64,000 nucleotides of DNA from assembly GCA_028023455.1 (NCBI GenBank), contig JAQFVV010000006.1, positions 248,001 through 312,000 on the forward strand. The letters run 5' to 3'. The DNA is from Epiperipatus broadwayi. Its lineage: Eukaryota; Animalia; Onychophora. The notes under the pieces are model-generated. The model worked only from the letters and a program-made list of their open reading frames with translations, had not been told where the DNA came from and searched no databases. Positions 13,101 to 26,256 of the stretch are shown in pieces. Made by a program: the position numbers and the translations under genes. Every line of letters begins with the position of its first letter. The first letter of the stretch is position 1.

Positions 13101-13790
13101 TCAGATGAAAATAAAGAAGTAGAAATAAAGGCAAATGTTAAAAAAACTAAAGTAATGTTCAACGGATTTTCTCAAAATAAGAAAATAAAGATTGATAATG
13201 ATGAGTTAGAAGTTAACAACTACAAATATCTTGGTCAGATTATTACTACTAAGGGAAACCTAATGGAAGAAATTAATCATAGAATTAAACTTGGTTGGAG
13301 AGCTTTTGGTAAAAATACTATTAAAAGGAAATATGCCTAGGTGTTTGAAAAGGAAAATTTTTAATAAATGTGTATTACTACATTTTACTTATGGATTTGA
13401 GATTTGGACATTTAACAGAAGAGTAATGCAGAGACTTCAGACCAGTCAACAAAGTATAAAAAGATATATGTTAGGAGAAACAAAAAGAGATCGAAAACGA
13501 AATATATGGGCGAGAGAACAAACAGGTAGAAATTAAGAGACTAAAGTGGAGTTGAGCTGAACACATTTTTAAATGAGATAATAATGCATGAACAGTTGAA
13601 ATCTTAAATGAGATTCCAAGATATTGTAAAAAATCTAGAGGAAGACTATGTAAATTGGACGGATGAAATAAAGAACATGCTGGGGTGATGTAGAGAAGAA
13701 AGGCGAGAAATCAGAGGAAAAAAGATTGAAATTGGAGAGACCTTCATCCTGCAATGGATTGATAATGGATGAAAATGATTTACTATTAAA
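10159..13790 (+). mobile_element. Near full-length decayed RTE-clade LINE (APE endonuclease + RT), interrupted by a PLE fragment
   Basis: Frameshifted motifs IKWDII, GVGFII, VMGDFNA, ELDYILT, WKNAVLILIFKK, NYKPIS, FSTVDHI, HLYFADD, YKYLGQ, plus a GAT-type tail. Confidence 0.9.
11591..12340 (+). mobile_element. Penelope-like element 3' fragment (GIY-YIG + pseudo-LTR) nested in the RTE
   Basis: GLVYKITCDLCNTIYIGQTGKT from 11760. Degenerate HHR ACAUC UUGAAAA GGUUCC..GAUGU at 12235-12278. The RTE frame stops at SEFPRILK and resumes at IKLMKEKTSGNDG. Confidence 0.85.
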
Positions 13791-14143
13791 TAAATAAATT
13801 TTCAAACAATTATTGCTTGGGAAAGCACACGATACACGCCCTCTAGTGGCAGAATGAGCATTTAACAATTTTTATACAAATTTTTATTTTTTTGATTCTG
13901 TTATTCAGAAGAAAATTGACTATAAGAACATTTAGTTAACCATACAGTGACCCATTAGCAAGAAGTGAGAAGAGTTTTTTTTTATATTTAAGGATTTACC
14001 TGCACTATCATAATGAAATTTAAATGTTAACGGCATTCCATTAAAAATAATTTGTTCTAAGTTATGACTTTCCATTACTTATAGAATATAGGCAAGATTA
14101 AGATAATTTAAAATAATAAACTATAAAAATTTTTATATCTTAC

Positions 14144-14388
14144 TTGCAAATATTTTCAATAGCAGCATCACGAACATTGTCGAAGGAACTAGACTTGGTA
14201 CCATTTTTAATAAACTGACTGTCATCTCCAGTTATGCTTATGTTAAGATGGCCAGCTTTGGAAGCATGCTCAGAGTGATACTGGTACAGCTTTAAAAAAA
14301 TAGGAGATGGGGAGATCATAAAATCCCGCAATGAAGCGATGCAAAGGTGAGCACTTCCAGGCATTTTCTCTGCTATGCTTCCAAGTGC
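14144..14388 (-). CDS. PI4KA: PI4KA exon: ALGSIAEKMPGSAHLCIASLRDFMISPSPIFLKLY...VRDAAIENIC
   Basis: ttag acceptor, gtaaga donor, 245 nt phase 0->2. Matches the SLRDFLVIPSPVLVKLY and LRDIAIDNIC motifs. Confidence 0.96.
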
Positions 14389-14584
14389 CTAAACAACAAC
14401 AAAAAAAATTTACACATAATTCATGCAAAAAAATATATACATATAACAGTAAAACAGCTTCTAAATATCTTTTTTCAGCATCGAGATCTCTCTACCCCCT
14501 TCCAACTATAGAGGAGCAATTAAGTAAAAGGCACTTTTCACCACCAGTCCAACCGATTATCAGGTATACAGAGGCTTAATTCTC

Positions 14585-14875
14585 TATACAGTAGCACAAT
14601 TCAGTGCAAGCCAGTGTAATCAATGGATGCAAGAAGGTTTGTGTATAAAATTACTATCTAGTGTCTACTCGCCCAATATCCCCAGACTAGTTTCTAGTTT
14701 GTGGCTTCCATCAGTGAGGAGCCTTGTATCGGAGCGCACTGCACCTAGATCAATCTTTTTGCAACTATTGATTACTCTGCCTTGCACTAAGTTGCGCTAC
14801 TATATGTAGAGTTTAACCTGTGTAAACAGCTTATGTAAGCATAAAGAATGGTGGTCATGTGATGTCAATTACCAG
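14585..14875. mobile_element. Family A, inverted pair (minus HHR copy with A9G, then plus 3' tail)
   Basis: ccccagactagtttctagtttgtggcttccatcagtgaggag, followed by the tail ending gtcatgtgatgt. Confidence 0.85.
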
Positions 14876-15479
14876 GTAGTGATGGTTTTACACTTTCCAT
14901 TTTTGTTTAACTTCCTAAAAATAAGTAGATAAATCTTAAAACCCAAATTGAATGGATGCTGGATTAGTTAAAATGATAACTATCCTATCTATTTAGAACC
15001 AGAAAAAAAAAAAAAAAAAAACCTAAGTTACATCCAGCCTGGATTCAAAATAATAGATTGTGAACATGGCAAGCAGATGCACTAATTACAATATTCCAAG
15101 ATTTGAACAATCATGGGCATAAAAAGCAGATAGATCACCTAATTTTAGAGAGAACGGTAAACATACATAAATAAAATAAAAAATGCAACAAATTAACATT
15201 TAATAATTTAATATATGACTAGTTTCATCTATATGTGTTTTCAAATATAAATACAAAACATCACATATACACCTAAACATATTTTCAGAGTATCCGCAAT
15301 CCAATGCTATTATCTTTCATGTTAAAGGAAGTTTTTATGAGACTATCAGTTTCAGAAAAATACTTTTAAATTAAAAGTCTCGTTAACTTTTATTCACAAA
15401 TGTCACTAAATCTATTAGTTCCTTTATTTTGCTAAAATATTTTATATAAATACAATTTGTATACCTACACTGTTATAAC

Positions 15480-16050
15480 AAAAAAATTTTATTATATATA
15501 TACACACACACACAATCAGAAGTTTCAAGCGATCTGAAGTCTTCCAAAGAGCTATGATATAATGCTATTTTGTGTTACTTATTTTTAATTAGTTGCCTAA
15601 AATTTTTCTAATGGCGGATTTCGTATCTTTATTTTATTAACAGCAGCTGAGCATACTTTCGGCCATAGAAACCAGATTCATGGCACTCGAAATGTGATAG
15701 ATATGCTGCAGTGTTTATAAGCGAACTGCTAATTATTTTAATTACTAACATAAATATTCCGTTTGAGAGTTGGAAACAATTTTCTTTTTTATTAATGGCA
15801 TGGCTGCTATTTGCAATAAAACACACCTCCTTTACTTTTCGTTTTCTGTTATCTCGTTCCATGCAAACAATTTTAACATTTATTAGATCAAAGCTGTGGT
15901 CAAATTTTTTTATTATTTTATTTTATTGATTACATTAGTTTATTAAATTATTTATATATTTATTTTATTTATTGTTATATCATAAATCTGAGGAAACCTG
16001 TAGGTCAGTCGAAACACCAGATTGTGTGTATATATATATTTTGCTATAAA
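15480..16050 (-). mobile_element. Penelope-like element 3' fragment with inverted pseudo-LTR remnants
   Basis: Minus frame DHSFDLINVKIVCMERDNRKRKVKEVCFI...INKKENCFQLS (GIY-YIG C-terminus). Related GAAAC..GATTGTGTG motifs at ~15500-15550 (-) and 15987-16030 (+). Confidence 0.75.
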
Positions 16051-17049
16051 GTGTTTGACGTGAAGGTGTAAAAATTGTATTTAACTTTTATTATTTCACA
16101 AGACAATCTTTATCTGATCAAATAGCATAAACATGATACAAGCTATATTTGATCAGGCAAAAGCTGCCTTCTTTTAGGAAAAAATAAGAAAAAGAATTAA
16201 AAAGACCTTTTGAATTATTAAATATGGTTCTGAAGCTATCAGCCTGATAAAAATTATCTTCAGAACAAAAGTTAAGTGGATAATAGAATTAGATTAAAGG
16301 TAGTTTGTATACATGCTTAAAAATGGGTATTCATATACCACTTGAAACATATAAGGATGAAATTATGATCATGTGTTAATAATTTGGCTAATATTATTAA
16401 TAATGTTGATGTGTTTTTTATTTTATAAATATATATATAAGAAACCTACAATTTGTGGTATTGTATTTGTTTCCATAACTATATGATATGTAATTGCAGA
16501 TGAATTTTATTTTAAAAATATTTATTTATAAAATTATAATAATGACATTAAAACAGAAACAATAACAGTTATGAAGAATTCCATTACTACAAAATGTGAA
16601 TAAAAGATAGCTTTAAAAATAATGTGAAACCTGATGTCATATTTAACAATACACACAAAAAATCTATAAATATAAAAATTATGAAATAATTTTTCATCGC
16701 TGTGTGGCATATATCTACACTAAAGTTTCACAATTTAAATCAGCATACAATAGGAAATTAGAATAACACAACATTTTCATTATGATATTCATATGAGCTT
16801 ACTTGCACATAAAATTTAAAACTCTCAGAGAGGAATTTATTTTCTGTTGTCAGACACTTAAAACATTTACATTTAATAATAATCTTCAATTATAATTTTT
16901 TTTAGTCATGGTAAAAAATCTATTGCATTTAGAAAAAGGAAACACTTGAAAATATTTATTCTTTAAATGATAATCTGGCAAGCTATGCGAAATAACAGAA
17001 ATTTGATGTTAATGCAAGTGTTTTTAACCACTAAAAAATTCCCTAAGCT

Positions 17050-17535
17050 TGCACAAGCTGTTAAATAGACCAAAAACTCACCATACAGTAGTGTTACCCA
17101 GTACAAACCAAAGTAATCAATGCCTTGGAAGAAGATTTGTACATAAAATCCCTATATAATGCCTACTCATTCAATATCCCCAGACTAGTTTCTAGCTTGT
17201 GGCTTTCACCAGTGATGAACCCCTGCTCTCAAATCCAAAGTTCCTCACGGATGAAAGCCACAAGCTAGAAAGGTAGTCTGGGGATATGGAATGAGTAGGC
17301 TAGTGCTCTCAAATCCAAAGTTCCTCGCTGGTGAAAGCCACAGGTTAGAAACTACTCTGGGGATATTGAAATGAGTAGGCCAGTGCTCTCAAATCCAAAG
17401 TTTCTTCACTGATGAAAGCCACAAGCTAGAAACTAGTCTGGGGATATTGAATAAATAGGTACTAGATAGGGATTTAATGTACAAACCTTCTTGCAAACAT
17501 TGATTACGCTGGCTTGTACTGGGTGGCACTACTGT
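17050..17535. mobile_element. Family A: minus copy followed by a 3 x 80-nt tandem of the HHR domain and the plus 3' part
   Basis: tgctctcaaatccaaag units start at 17224, 17304 and 17384. The third unit has an intact core at 17409-17438. Confidence 0.9.
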
Positions 17536-17819
17536 AACATGAATTTTTGCAAGGGTTTTTATTAAAAAACGATTTTTGTGACAAAAACTAAACATTCTGT
17601 TTAACTGATATAATCAGTGGAATATCTTCTTGGATATCAGCTGATATATTAAACAATTTTCTCTATGCGAATTTTATTTTTTGCATCAAGAAATTTGAAA
17701 AAATAAACTTTGGATAAAAAAATAAGATAGTTGGGATATGGCATAAAATAAATGATGTTTGCACAAACAACATTTATTTAAAAAAGAAGATTCAAAACGT
17801 TAAAAAATGATTTTTTCTT

Positions 17820-18930
17820 TTGGGTAAGTGGTATAATGGCAAGTGTTGTACTTGACCATTACGAGAAGCAAATACTACCCGCATTCTTCATGTCAACCCC
17901 ACATATGATATACACACGTTACATTGATGATACATTTATTGCAGCCCCAGAAGACATCATTACTAATCTCCACAACAGCCTCCAAAATATAACTAAGCTT
18001 ACTTTTACTACAACTTGGGAAAACCAAGACAAACAGGTCAAATACCTTGACATATGTGTTAGTAAAAATATAGATAAGCTGGACTACCAAATGGTAGTCA
18101 AACTTTTGGAAGTACGGGATCTGACAGACCCTAATTCTTACGCGCCTCGCTCCCACAAACTTGCAGCCCTCTCTTCATTCATGTTTAGGAACCATAACTT
18201 GTGCAAATACGAGGCAGATAAAAGAAAAAATCTTATCAATTATATAGCTGATTTAAGAAAAATAGGACATACTTATTCATCCATCAACAGAAAAGTCAAC
18301 AAATTTTTCTATAAAATAAACCACAACAACAAGAAAGAAAACAAACCGAGAATCCTAATCCCATACATTCACTCAAAAGCCTCATTAATAAATTATCAAG
18401 TGACTTTGAAGTCGCTTTCCGTTCACCTCCCAACACCAATAGACTGATAAATAACACCAAAGACAGGATCAAACCTGAACTCACCTCTGAAGTTGTGTAC
18501 AAAATCACCTGCCCCCCAAAGAAATTGTATGGCAATATATTATGGAGAGACCAAAACTAACATTGCCACCAGAGTAGCTCAACACAGATACCTTTATAAC
18601 AGAACCAAAACAAAGCTTGAAGGTAATTAGGTTTTCGTTGAGCATGAAAGAGCAGAGCCACTGGACACGCTTTTCTACCCACCAGAACCAGTGTCATTTG
18701 CTCTGAAACAAACGACACCAAACGTAAAGTTAGGGAAGCTTACTACATCGTAAGTGACCCATCAGCAATCAACAGAAGAGAGGCCTGCTTTTCCCTATCT
18801 CGAAAATGGTCCACGTAACATCTGCATATAAATTTGCATAAAATTTGCATCAATATTATAGTTATTAATCGAATACAAGTCGCCATGAATATGCGACTAT
18901 AAACTGTCCCGAAAGCGCTTGGCGGTAAAT
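17820..18930 (+). mobile_element. Penelope-like element 3' half (RT C-terminus + GIY-YIG + HHR remnant)
   Basis: ORF 17836..18447 has TRYIDD, YLD and LIPY. Then VVYKITC, frameshifted YYGETKTNIATRVAQH and KRKVREAYYI. Decayed HHR at 18881-18924. Confidence 0.9.
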
Positions 18931-19019
18931 TTTAATAATTTCACAGACAATTAATAGCTTCATTATCTGTGCACAGAGCACATATATACAGTAATTTATT
19001 TTAAGCGTTAATGAAGTAA

Positions 19020-19800
19020 AATCTTAACTATTTGACAACTATTGTAACTTTATTAATTTCTATGCTTTCAACAATTATATCATCAACAATTCATCATGTA
19101 TTATCATCTGTGTTTGCGATCATTTTCACAGCAGTAGCCAGATCTTTATTATCTTCTGTGTTTTAAGTAATTTCTTTATTCGCTTGACACAAATATTCAT
19201 TAGCCATATATGATTTCAAACAATTTAAAACATGATTAGCTACTTTGCACAATCTTTCTACAAGAGTACCAAGGGACTGCCCAACTTTTTTCCCATACAG
19301 TTCCAAGATATATAGATAAACGTTTTCATTTATGCGGTTTCAAAAATACTTAAAATAGCACTGACTCTACTATAATCTTTAACAGTATAAAAGGAATAAT
19401 TTTTACTCTAGTACTCTACAATAACAAAATCTCAGAAAATCTTACGATATTGTAACACATCTTTTCAGTTTTCATTTATTCTCTTCTTCAAATGAGAAAT
19501 CAGCAGCCTCGACCCGACACAGACCTTGTTCCTTTTGCCAGTTTGTTTAAAAGGTAGTTTAAATTTTATGAAGACTAATCAACAGGCTTTAGATTCTGAA
19601 GATGTACACTGCTTCTGACAATATCATACCTTTTACAACTTTTCTTGAACACTTTATCAAAACTTTTTATTTATATCAAAACTAACAGTTTCAACTGTCC
19701 TGCAGTCATCATCAGAACTGCAGGGCAGTCAAAACTGTTAGTTTTGATATAAATATATAGTATTGATAAAGAAAATTATAAATGGTATGATATGTTAATG
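19020..19800 (-). mobile_element. Probable PLE 5' end: inverted pseudo-LTR with HHR core, then N-terminal ORF remnant
   Basis: CUGAUGA U GACUG cagga CAGUU GAAA CUGUUAGUU at 19672-19720. IR arms ~19625-19705 and ~19718-19800. Minus frame ELYGKKVGQSLGTLVERLCKVANHVLNCLK. Confidence 0.55.
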
Positions 19801-20419
19801 TAGAAATCAATACATAAGAAAAGGAAGAAGAAGAAAATTATATTACTTCTGACAATACCCAAATAAATGTTATCATATTCTAATTTATTCTTCAAAAGTA
19901 GTTACATTTTTCTTAAGTGACACTTTTGAAATAAAATCAGAAAACGTAACGCTTGATCAGAGTGTAATAATACTTTCGGACCAAAGTTCAACCAATCATT
20001 TCTGGTACTGAAATGTCATATGAGTCCATAGCAAACTAGCTCTTTGAATATTTACTATTTCTTTACAACATTAAAATAACTATTTCTCTTCTGATTACAT
20101 CACGACATTTCATTTATAAAAAGGGCCATCTTTCTAACTCTGCTGGTTACTAAAATCATCCAAACCATTACCATTTTGTTATATTTCCTCATTAAAAATC
20201 TATTTCAACAAGCTTCTAATACAACAATAGTCATGTTATTCTAATTTTTTTTCTTTTTGTGTTAAGATTTCCATTTGATTTTCTTTACCATATGACCAAA
20301 GATTTTGCCTGATTCAGAACGCCCCCCCCCCTTTTTTTTTTTGTTCAATAAGAAGTTATGCAGGAACAAATTCTAGTTATACTACTCTAATGTTAAGCTA
20401 GAGTAATAAGTAAATGCTT

Positions 20420-20912
20420 AATGCTAGAGACTTTTTATTAAATCCCTATTCAGTGTTATCCTAATCATACCCTCAGACTAATTTCAAGCTTACGGCCTTT
20501 CCCAGTGTGAAATTTTAGATCTGGATCTAATGCATCTCAATTTTTTTAAATTGAATGCACCTTTCATCCAAAAGCTACTCTTTTTTGGATTGTCTAACTA
20601 TTAGCCTGAAATTTCAAAATATCAATGTTTTGAATAAGACAGCATGAGGATATATACGCACTACCATCTAATATCTATTGATTACTCAATTTTGCAATAG
20701 GTAGCAGAACAATATAACTTAAGACATGCATTAAATGCAAATGTGTGGACAGCAAAAGAGGCAATTTAGGGAGACATAAGATGGCCAAGTTTTTATATGA
20801 AAGATGCAAAAAAGCAAAATAAAAATGTTCAACCACTAAGCATCATATGATCACGTTTTTTGTGCTTGCTCATAACTGTTATTAAAACAGGCAAAACTTT
20901 CCATACAGTAGT
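20420..20912 (-). mobile_element. Degenerate family A fragments
   Basis: cctcagactaatttcaagcttacggcctttcccagtg near 20470, and caaaactttccatacagtagtgc near 20890. Confidence 0.6.
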
Positions 20913-20914
20913 GC

Positions 20915-21670
20915 AACTCAGTGAAAATGTTTGGTAGATTGCAATTTATGTATAATAGGGAATAGTCAAAATAGTATTTAATTGGGCTATGAATAAAGGG
21001 CAGGCAACAAGATGGGTGAGAAAGGTAATGTGATATGAAGAAGATTTGGATAAAGAAATTTATGTCAGTATACTTATACAAAAGGTGAATTGTTGAGTGT
21101 TATAGTATTAAGGAATGGGATAGAAGAATAGATGCATTAATAAAGAATAGGGAGTTGGAGAACTAGTATCGAGAATAAAAAGAGTTTAAATATTTATAGA
21201 AGTAAACAGAATATTAATAGCAAGGAAAGTAGTTTACTGTTTAAGGCTTGAACAGGATCTTTAGCAACAAAGGAATATACACAGAAATGAAAAAATGTGG
21301 GTGATTTAGTCTGCAAGTTATGAAAGGAAGACATAAAAAAAATTAGGCATCTGCTAATTGAATGTAAAGGCTTACAAGCACAAAGGATACAAATAATGAA
21401 GTTGTGGAAGAATAAATATAAACAAAGTGATTATACAGCAAGTGGCTTCGTGATTTTTATGCCGAGTTTGGGAAAAGGGGGATTTAGATATAAAGACCAT
21501 GGAGTTGACAAAGTTTATGTTGTGGAAATGGAATGGAGCAGGATAGAGAAGAATATAGGAAAAAACTTAGGGTGGGGAATGGAAAGGGAGGATAAAGTGG
21601 CTAAAAGGTTTCTCTGGGCATAGTGGCTGAAAGATTCCTGACTCCGTATAAGGAGAAATCGCATCGCATA
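20915..21670 (+). mobile_element. 5'-truncated LINE (family C, CCHC zinc-knuckle C-terminus)
   Basis: Highly similar to 56366-57045 and 32695-34270. SSLLFKA..GSLATK..C..IRHLLIEC with frameshifts. Confidence 0.85.
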
Positions 21671-22069
21671 AGAGTTTGTTCTTGAAAAGAAATAAGAGTA
21701 CCCAACTCTTCATACAGTGATGTTCTTGAAAAGTACTACGTAAGTTGGATTCAAAGGATGAAATAGTTGTATCCTTTGAACGCTGTCAAACTTAGATACT
21801 TCTTTTTATTGATGTAATTTAAACTGAAATCTGTGGAAGTAAATATTGTTCTGGAAGATGTCTTAATTTGTAGAAATTTATTTTTGAAATAACTACTCAT
21901 TGTCAACTTTATTTCAAGTATTTTCACATTTCTTGTAATAGATTTACAGTAAGAATTTCACAAGGATACTAATTGCAAGTATTTTTCCACCTCAGATTAG
22001 ATATTTTATTTATATCTAATTTTGTAGAAATATTAGATTTTCATGTAAAATTTATTGTTTATATATATA

Positions 22070-22926
22070 CACCTGGGTCTCGTTTTACGCGATAGATAGG
22101 TTCCTCAGAAAACACGCGCAAACGAAATCGCGCAAAAATAGACATAACTTACATTGAAAAGGGGGGGGGGGTGCGGTATGTGATTTTTCAAAATTCGTGT
22201 AAAAGCAAAGCACCAACGTAAAATTACTTTAAAATTCGGGCAAAAAAAAAAATAAGGTAATAAAATATGACTAATAAAAAATTTCAAATTTGAAAAAAAT
22301 TGATACAAGATAAACTTTTTTTAACTATAATATTTAATTTTATTCAAAATAATATATTTTTATGCATAATTTACAGTACAGTAATTTACATTTTTTTATA
22401 TGATTTTCTGGTGACAACATAATTAGTAATTAATTTTTGAGACGATGATTTTATTAATTGTTTACGAAGCTCGCGATATCCAGACATACAACCATTTAGC
22501 TCTCGTTGGAATTTAAGAGCACGTTGATGATTAGTGTCATTAATAAGAAAATAATAATTGATTATGTTCTTTTTTAAAAAGCAAAAACAGAATGTGATTT
22601 AAAATGCAAAATTAACACGCACAATGTTTGAACAAATTTACATTATAATCTTGTAAAATTTAATATGTGTATACATAAAATGTGGAAATCATGATTTTAA
22701 TTTCATTATTGCATAAAATCTTACTATTATAAAGCACTGAAAATATTGAAATTACTAAGATGAAAGTCGAATTCCAATAATGTGCTATTACTTTCAATAT
22801 AACATAAGTGCGCGAAATTTATTATTTAAAGTAATAGCGCATTATCGGAAATTGACTTCCGGTGAAACACGAATCGTGTAACTTCAAAATTGTGTAAATA
22901 AGTCCGCGTAAAACGAGACCCAGGTG
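22070..22926. mobile_element. pogo-like MITE (family D-type TIR, different internal sequence), 857 bp
   Basis: TIR CACCTGGGTCTCGTTTTACGCG at both ends with TA flanks. Confidence 0.85.
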
Positions 22927-25652
22927 TATATACAATCTATTTTAATTAATCACAACACTAATTAAGATTTTTTATTATTATTCAGTGGTATGTAAATGAT
23001 GCTGGTGAGGGAAAAAAAAAGATACGCTCCATTGTAGAAAATGTTTAAGCAAATTATTTTATTATAGATTGTTTTGTATTGAATGAATCTTTAATTGAAT
23101 TGAAAAATTAAGGATCAAGGAACTTATAAACCCAGTCGAAAAGATAAGATATGAAATTTAAGTAATAAAAGAAAAAACATATGTGCTACATTTTCTTTGT
23201 AAATGTTAGTAAAAATAGGATGCTAAATTTGAGGGAAAAAATGTTAAGTGAAAGGAAGCGGGAGGTATTCTGCAAAGACTATAAAAACAAATTTATTTTT
23301 AAATTAAGTAGTCATTGTGTTTATCTCATTGCAAGTTTCATTAATGTATTCTGGTTAGAGAAAACCACAATTCCTCCCAGGAATTCTTTTCCCCCAACTG
23401 TATCTATACATGGCGAGTTGTGAAAGCAGAGTGTTTGCCCAAAAGACAAGGAATCATCAGCTAGCTAGCCAAAGCAGTACATTTATGATAAAGAAGACTT
23501 TTACCATTGTACATGTACATGTAAAGCTAGAAACAACAAATTACAGTTAATGGTAGAATCCTCCAACTATGTTTGTATGCCAACCAACTTTACTCCCGAA
23601 TTAATATTGATCAACTCTATTAATGTACGTTAGATTTTATCAGGGAACTTTACGACAAGTTTCGAAACAAGTAATTATGAACAATTTTTGTAAAGATGCA
23701 ATTAAAATTATTATCTGCTCAGAACTTGAACTGTTAGGAAAATAATATTAAAAGCAAGCAAGAGTATTGCAAATATAACTGAATTTTATTTACTTGTAAT
23801 ACGTAATGTGTTCCTCATATATTAATGTTGTTTTATGATTTTATTTATACTTCTGCTATAATTTATAATATGATCTAATGAATCTTGGTTTGGTCTACTC
23901 CTTGGGGCTGATTCTACAAGAGTTATTTTACATCTAAGCAAGAATTAAGTCTTTTATTGATATGATTTTAGGGGTTCATTTTTATTCTAAGTAACACAGA
24001 TTGAGAGAGATTTTGGTATAATTATTACTAACTGCCAACTTGTTATGTGTACCAGGCCATCTTTTCTGTTAAAATAGAGATAAATCTCGCTTACAATAAT
24101 ATGTCAGAAATCTCTACGTTTAGATTACTCAAATATACTCGCTTGTATCCTGGTGTTGCCCTTGATTAAACGGCAAATTCCATCGTTCCCTTTTTAAATT
24201 ACTGTGCCAATTGTTTTAAGACATTTCGCATATACCTCTCAGGTATGTACTTTATCCGTTCCTTAATTAATAATTATTTAGAAGAGGATTCACCTTTACT
24301 AAATATTGATTGTAAAAGATTTTAGCGAGGAGACAGGAATTTAGTTGTGTAGGGATTTAAAATTATGGATCCAACAAATTCATTAGTTCATATTAAAATG
24401 TTAAATTAATAAAAAGATTTTATTATACAATAATTTCCATTATGAGCTGTGATTTGTTAGTGTATTAATAAATTTTCTTTATCTCCATATCTCTGGGAAA
24501 TGTTCACGTACCACAACAATTAGTCTATTGTTATGAATATGATCGCTAGAAAAAATAAATTATGATCAGCTTCCTTGAAATGGTTAACAAAATTATTCCA
24601 TTAGTCTGGTTCCTGGTGGTGCACCATAGTGGTCATATTGTTATCGTACATCAACTTGTATCATGACAATATATAAAAGACTTGCAGAGCAAGAGAAGCC
24701 CAGTCATTTGTCATGCTTAACAACCTAGGCTGGAATCTGGACTGAATAATAAATGTCTACAATAGGCTTAGAATTTTTCTTTCTGATAGATGGCCCATAG
24801 TCAAGCAAGGATAACCATCTCATATTGATCAGTAAATGGTTATACAGCATTTCTTAGTTAAAAACTAAAGCAAGAATGAAAAACTGCTGAGAACTTCACT
24901 ACCTGGCAATTTATCAGCTTGATGAATATTGCTTTATTCTTCACTATTCCTTTATGAGGCTATATTGGAGAAACATAACTGTATGCTGTATATTGTTTAC
25001 CAACTAATACTTACAAGTCCAGTAGAATTTTTATGCCATCTAATATAAAGATTTATTATAATTTTTTGTAATTATTTTAAACAACAATTAGTAAATAATT
25101 TATTTGTATGGCTTCAAATTTAGTGATAGACATATATGATGCATATATTGAAGCAATCACTCTGTAGTCAGAGTCAGATTCATGTTTTCCTTCCTACAAA
25201 CTAACCATTTATAAGGGTTCAAACCCAGAAATTATATTTAATGTACTAACCTTGCCATCACCTATTACGTGGCAACGTATATATATATATTTAAAATATG
25301 CTAAAACTTTGCTATATAATAAATATTTTATAATTTTGATTTTGATAATTTTGAATATTGCGTGAAACCTTTTGTCTGTAAAGTTTGTCATTTTGTAAAA
25401 ATTATTTGCATTTAATTTCAATTTTGAAAAAATTTAAAAGAAAGAAGATATAACCAAGATGGCAGGTTCAAATCAACCCATTGTGAAGTTTTCTTCACTA
25501 ATTAAATATTTTAAATGTTTGATTTCCATTAATCAAAAGATTGTCTTATCATAGTTTTTACGTTTATAATTTAAAGACTTTAATATAAAGTTTTGCAAAT
25601 GAAAGTGATTTGAACCTTATCTTCTTATATCTTACTTTTAATTAAAATGGAC

Positions 25653-26256
25653 TGTAATCTGCTCAGGAATTTAGTAATTATCTCATCTGCCTGTGGGCAA
25701 ATGAACCAAAGCATCCTGTAATAGCTTGGGTGGTATAAATAGAATAGATTAGAGATAAGGGGGAGTCTTTAGTCTTACACTGTTTGCTTTTACTCTCTCT
25801 TTGCTCTTGGTTTTTAGAATGTCTATTGAGTAGGTAACCGAACCGTCTTTCCCTAGGCCTCTCGGGGCTGCTTGTAGTATACTGCCACGACCCTCCTGCC
25901 ATAGAAGAAGGCTGCCAACGATGTAGAAGTGATAGTGACCAAGATTTCTGACCACCAAGCTGATCCCTCACCCCAAGTATGCCGAGGTAACAGTCCAATA
26001 GCTATGTAAAGTTGTCTATGCTCGCCTGTAAATACTAATTAATGTATTCTTTTATAATTATATATATATATATATGTAAATGCTTACATCTACTTAAGTT
26101 TAAAACTTATATTTTATTTAGTGTGGAAAATTTTATTATTACAATTATTTGCTTTTTATTTTTATATGTCATTTATATGCCAAATCAACTCAACTCTGCG
26201 AGCCTCTTTAGATTTATCTTTTAAATTCCCCGCGCTTCTGGGATATTTTAATTACA
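25653..26256 (+). mobile_element. Candidate solo LTR
   Basis: TGTAAT...ATTACA termini, a TATAAATAG box at ~25734 and a GC-richer body. No TSD found. Confidence 0.3.

Noticed and set aside
17224-17465. Regular repeats as a CRISPR array (also 49053-49185)
   Set aside because: The units are contiguous with no unique spacers, the context is a eukaryotic intron, and there are no cas genes.
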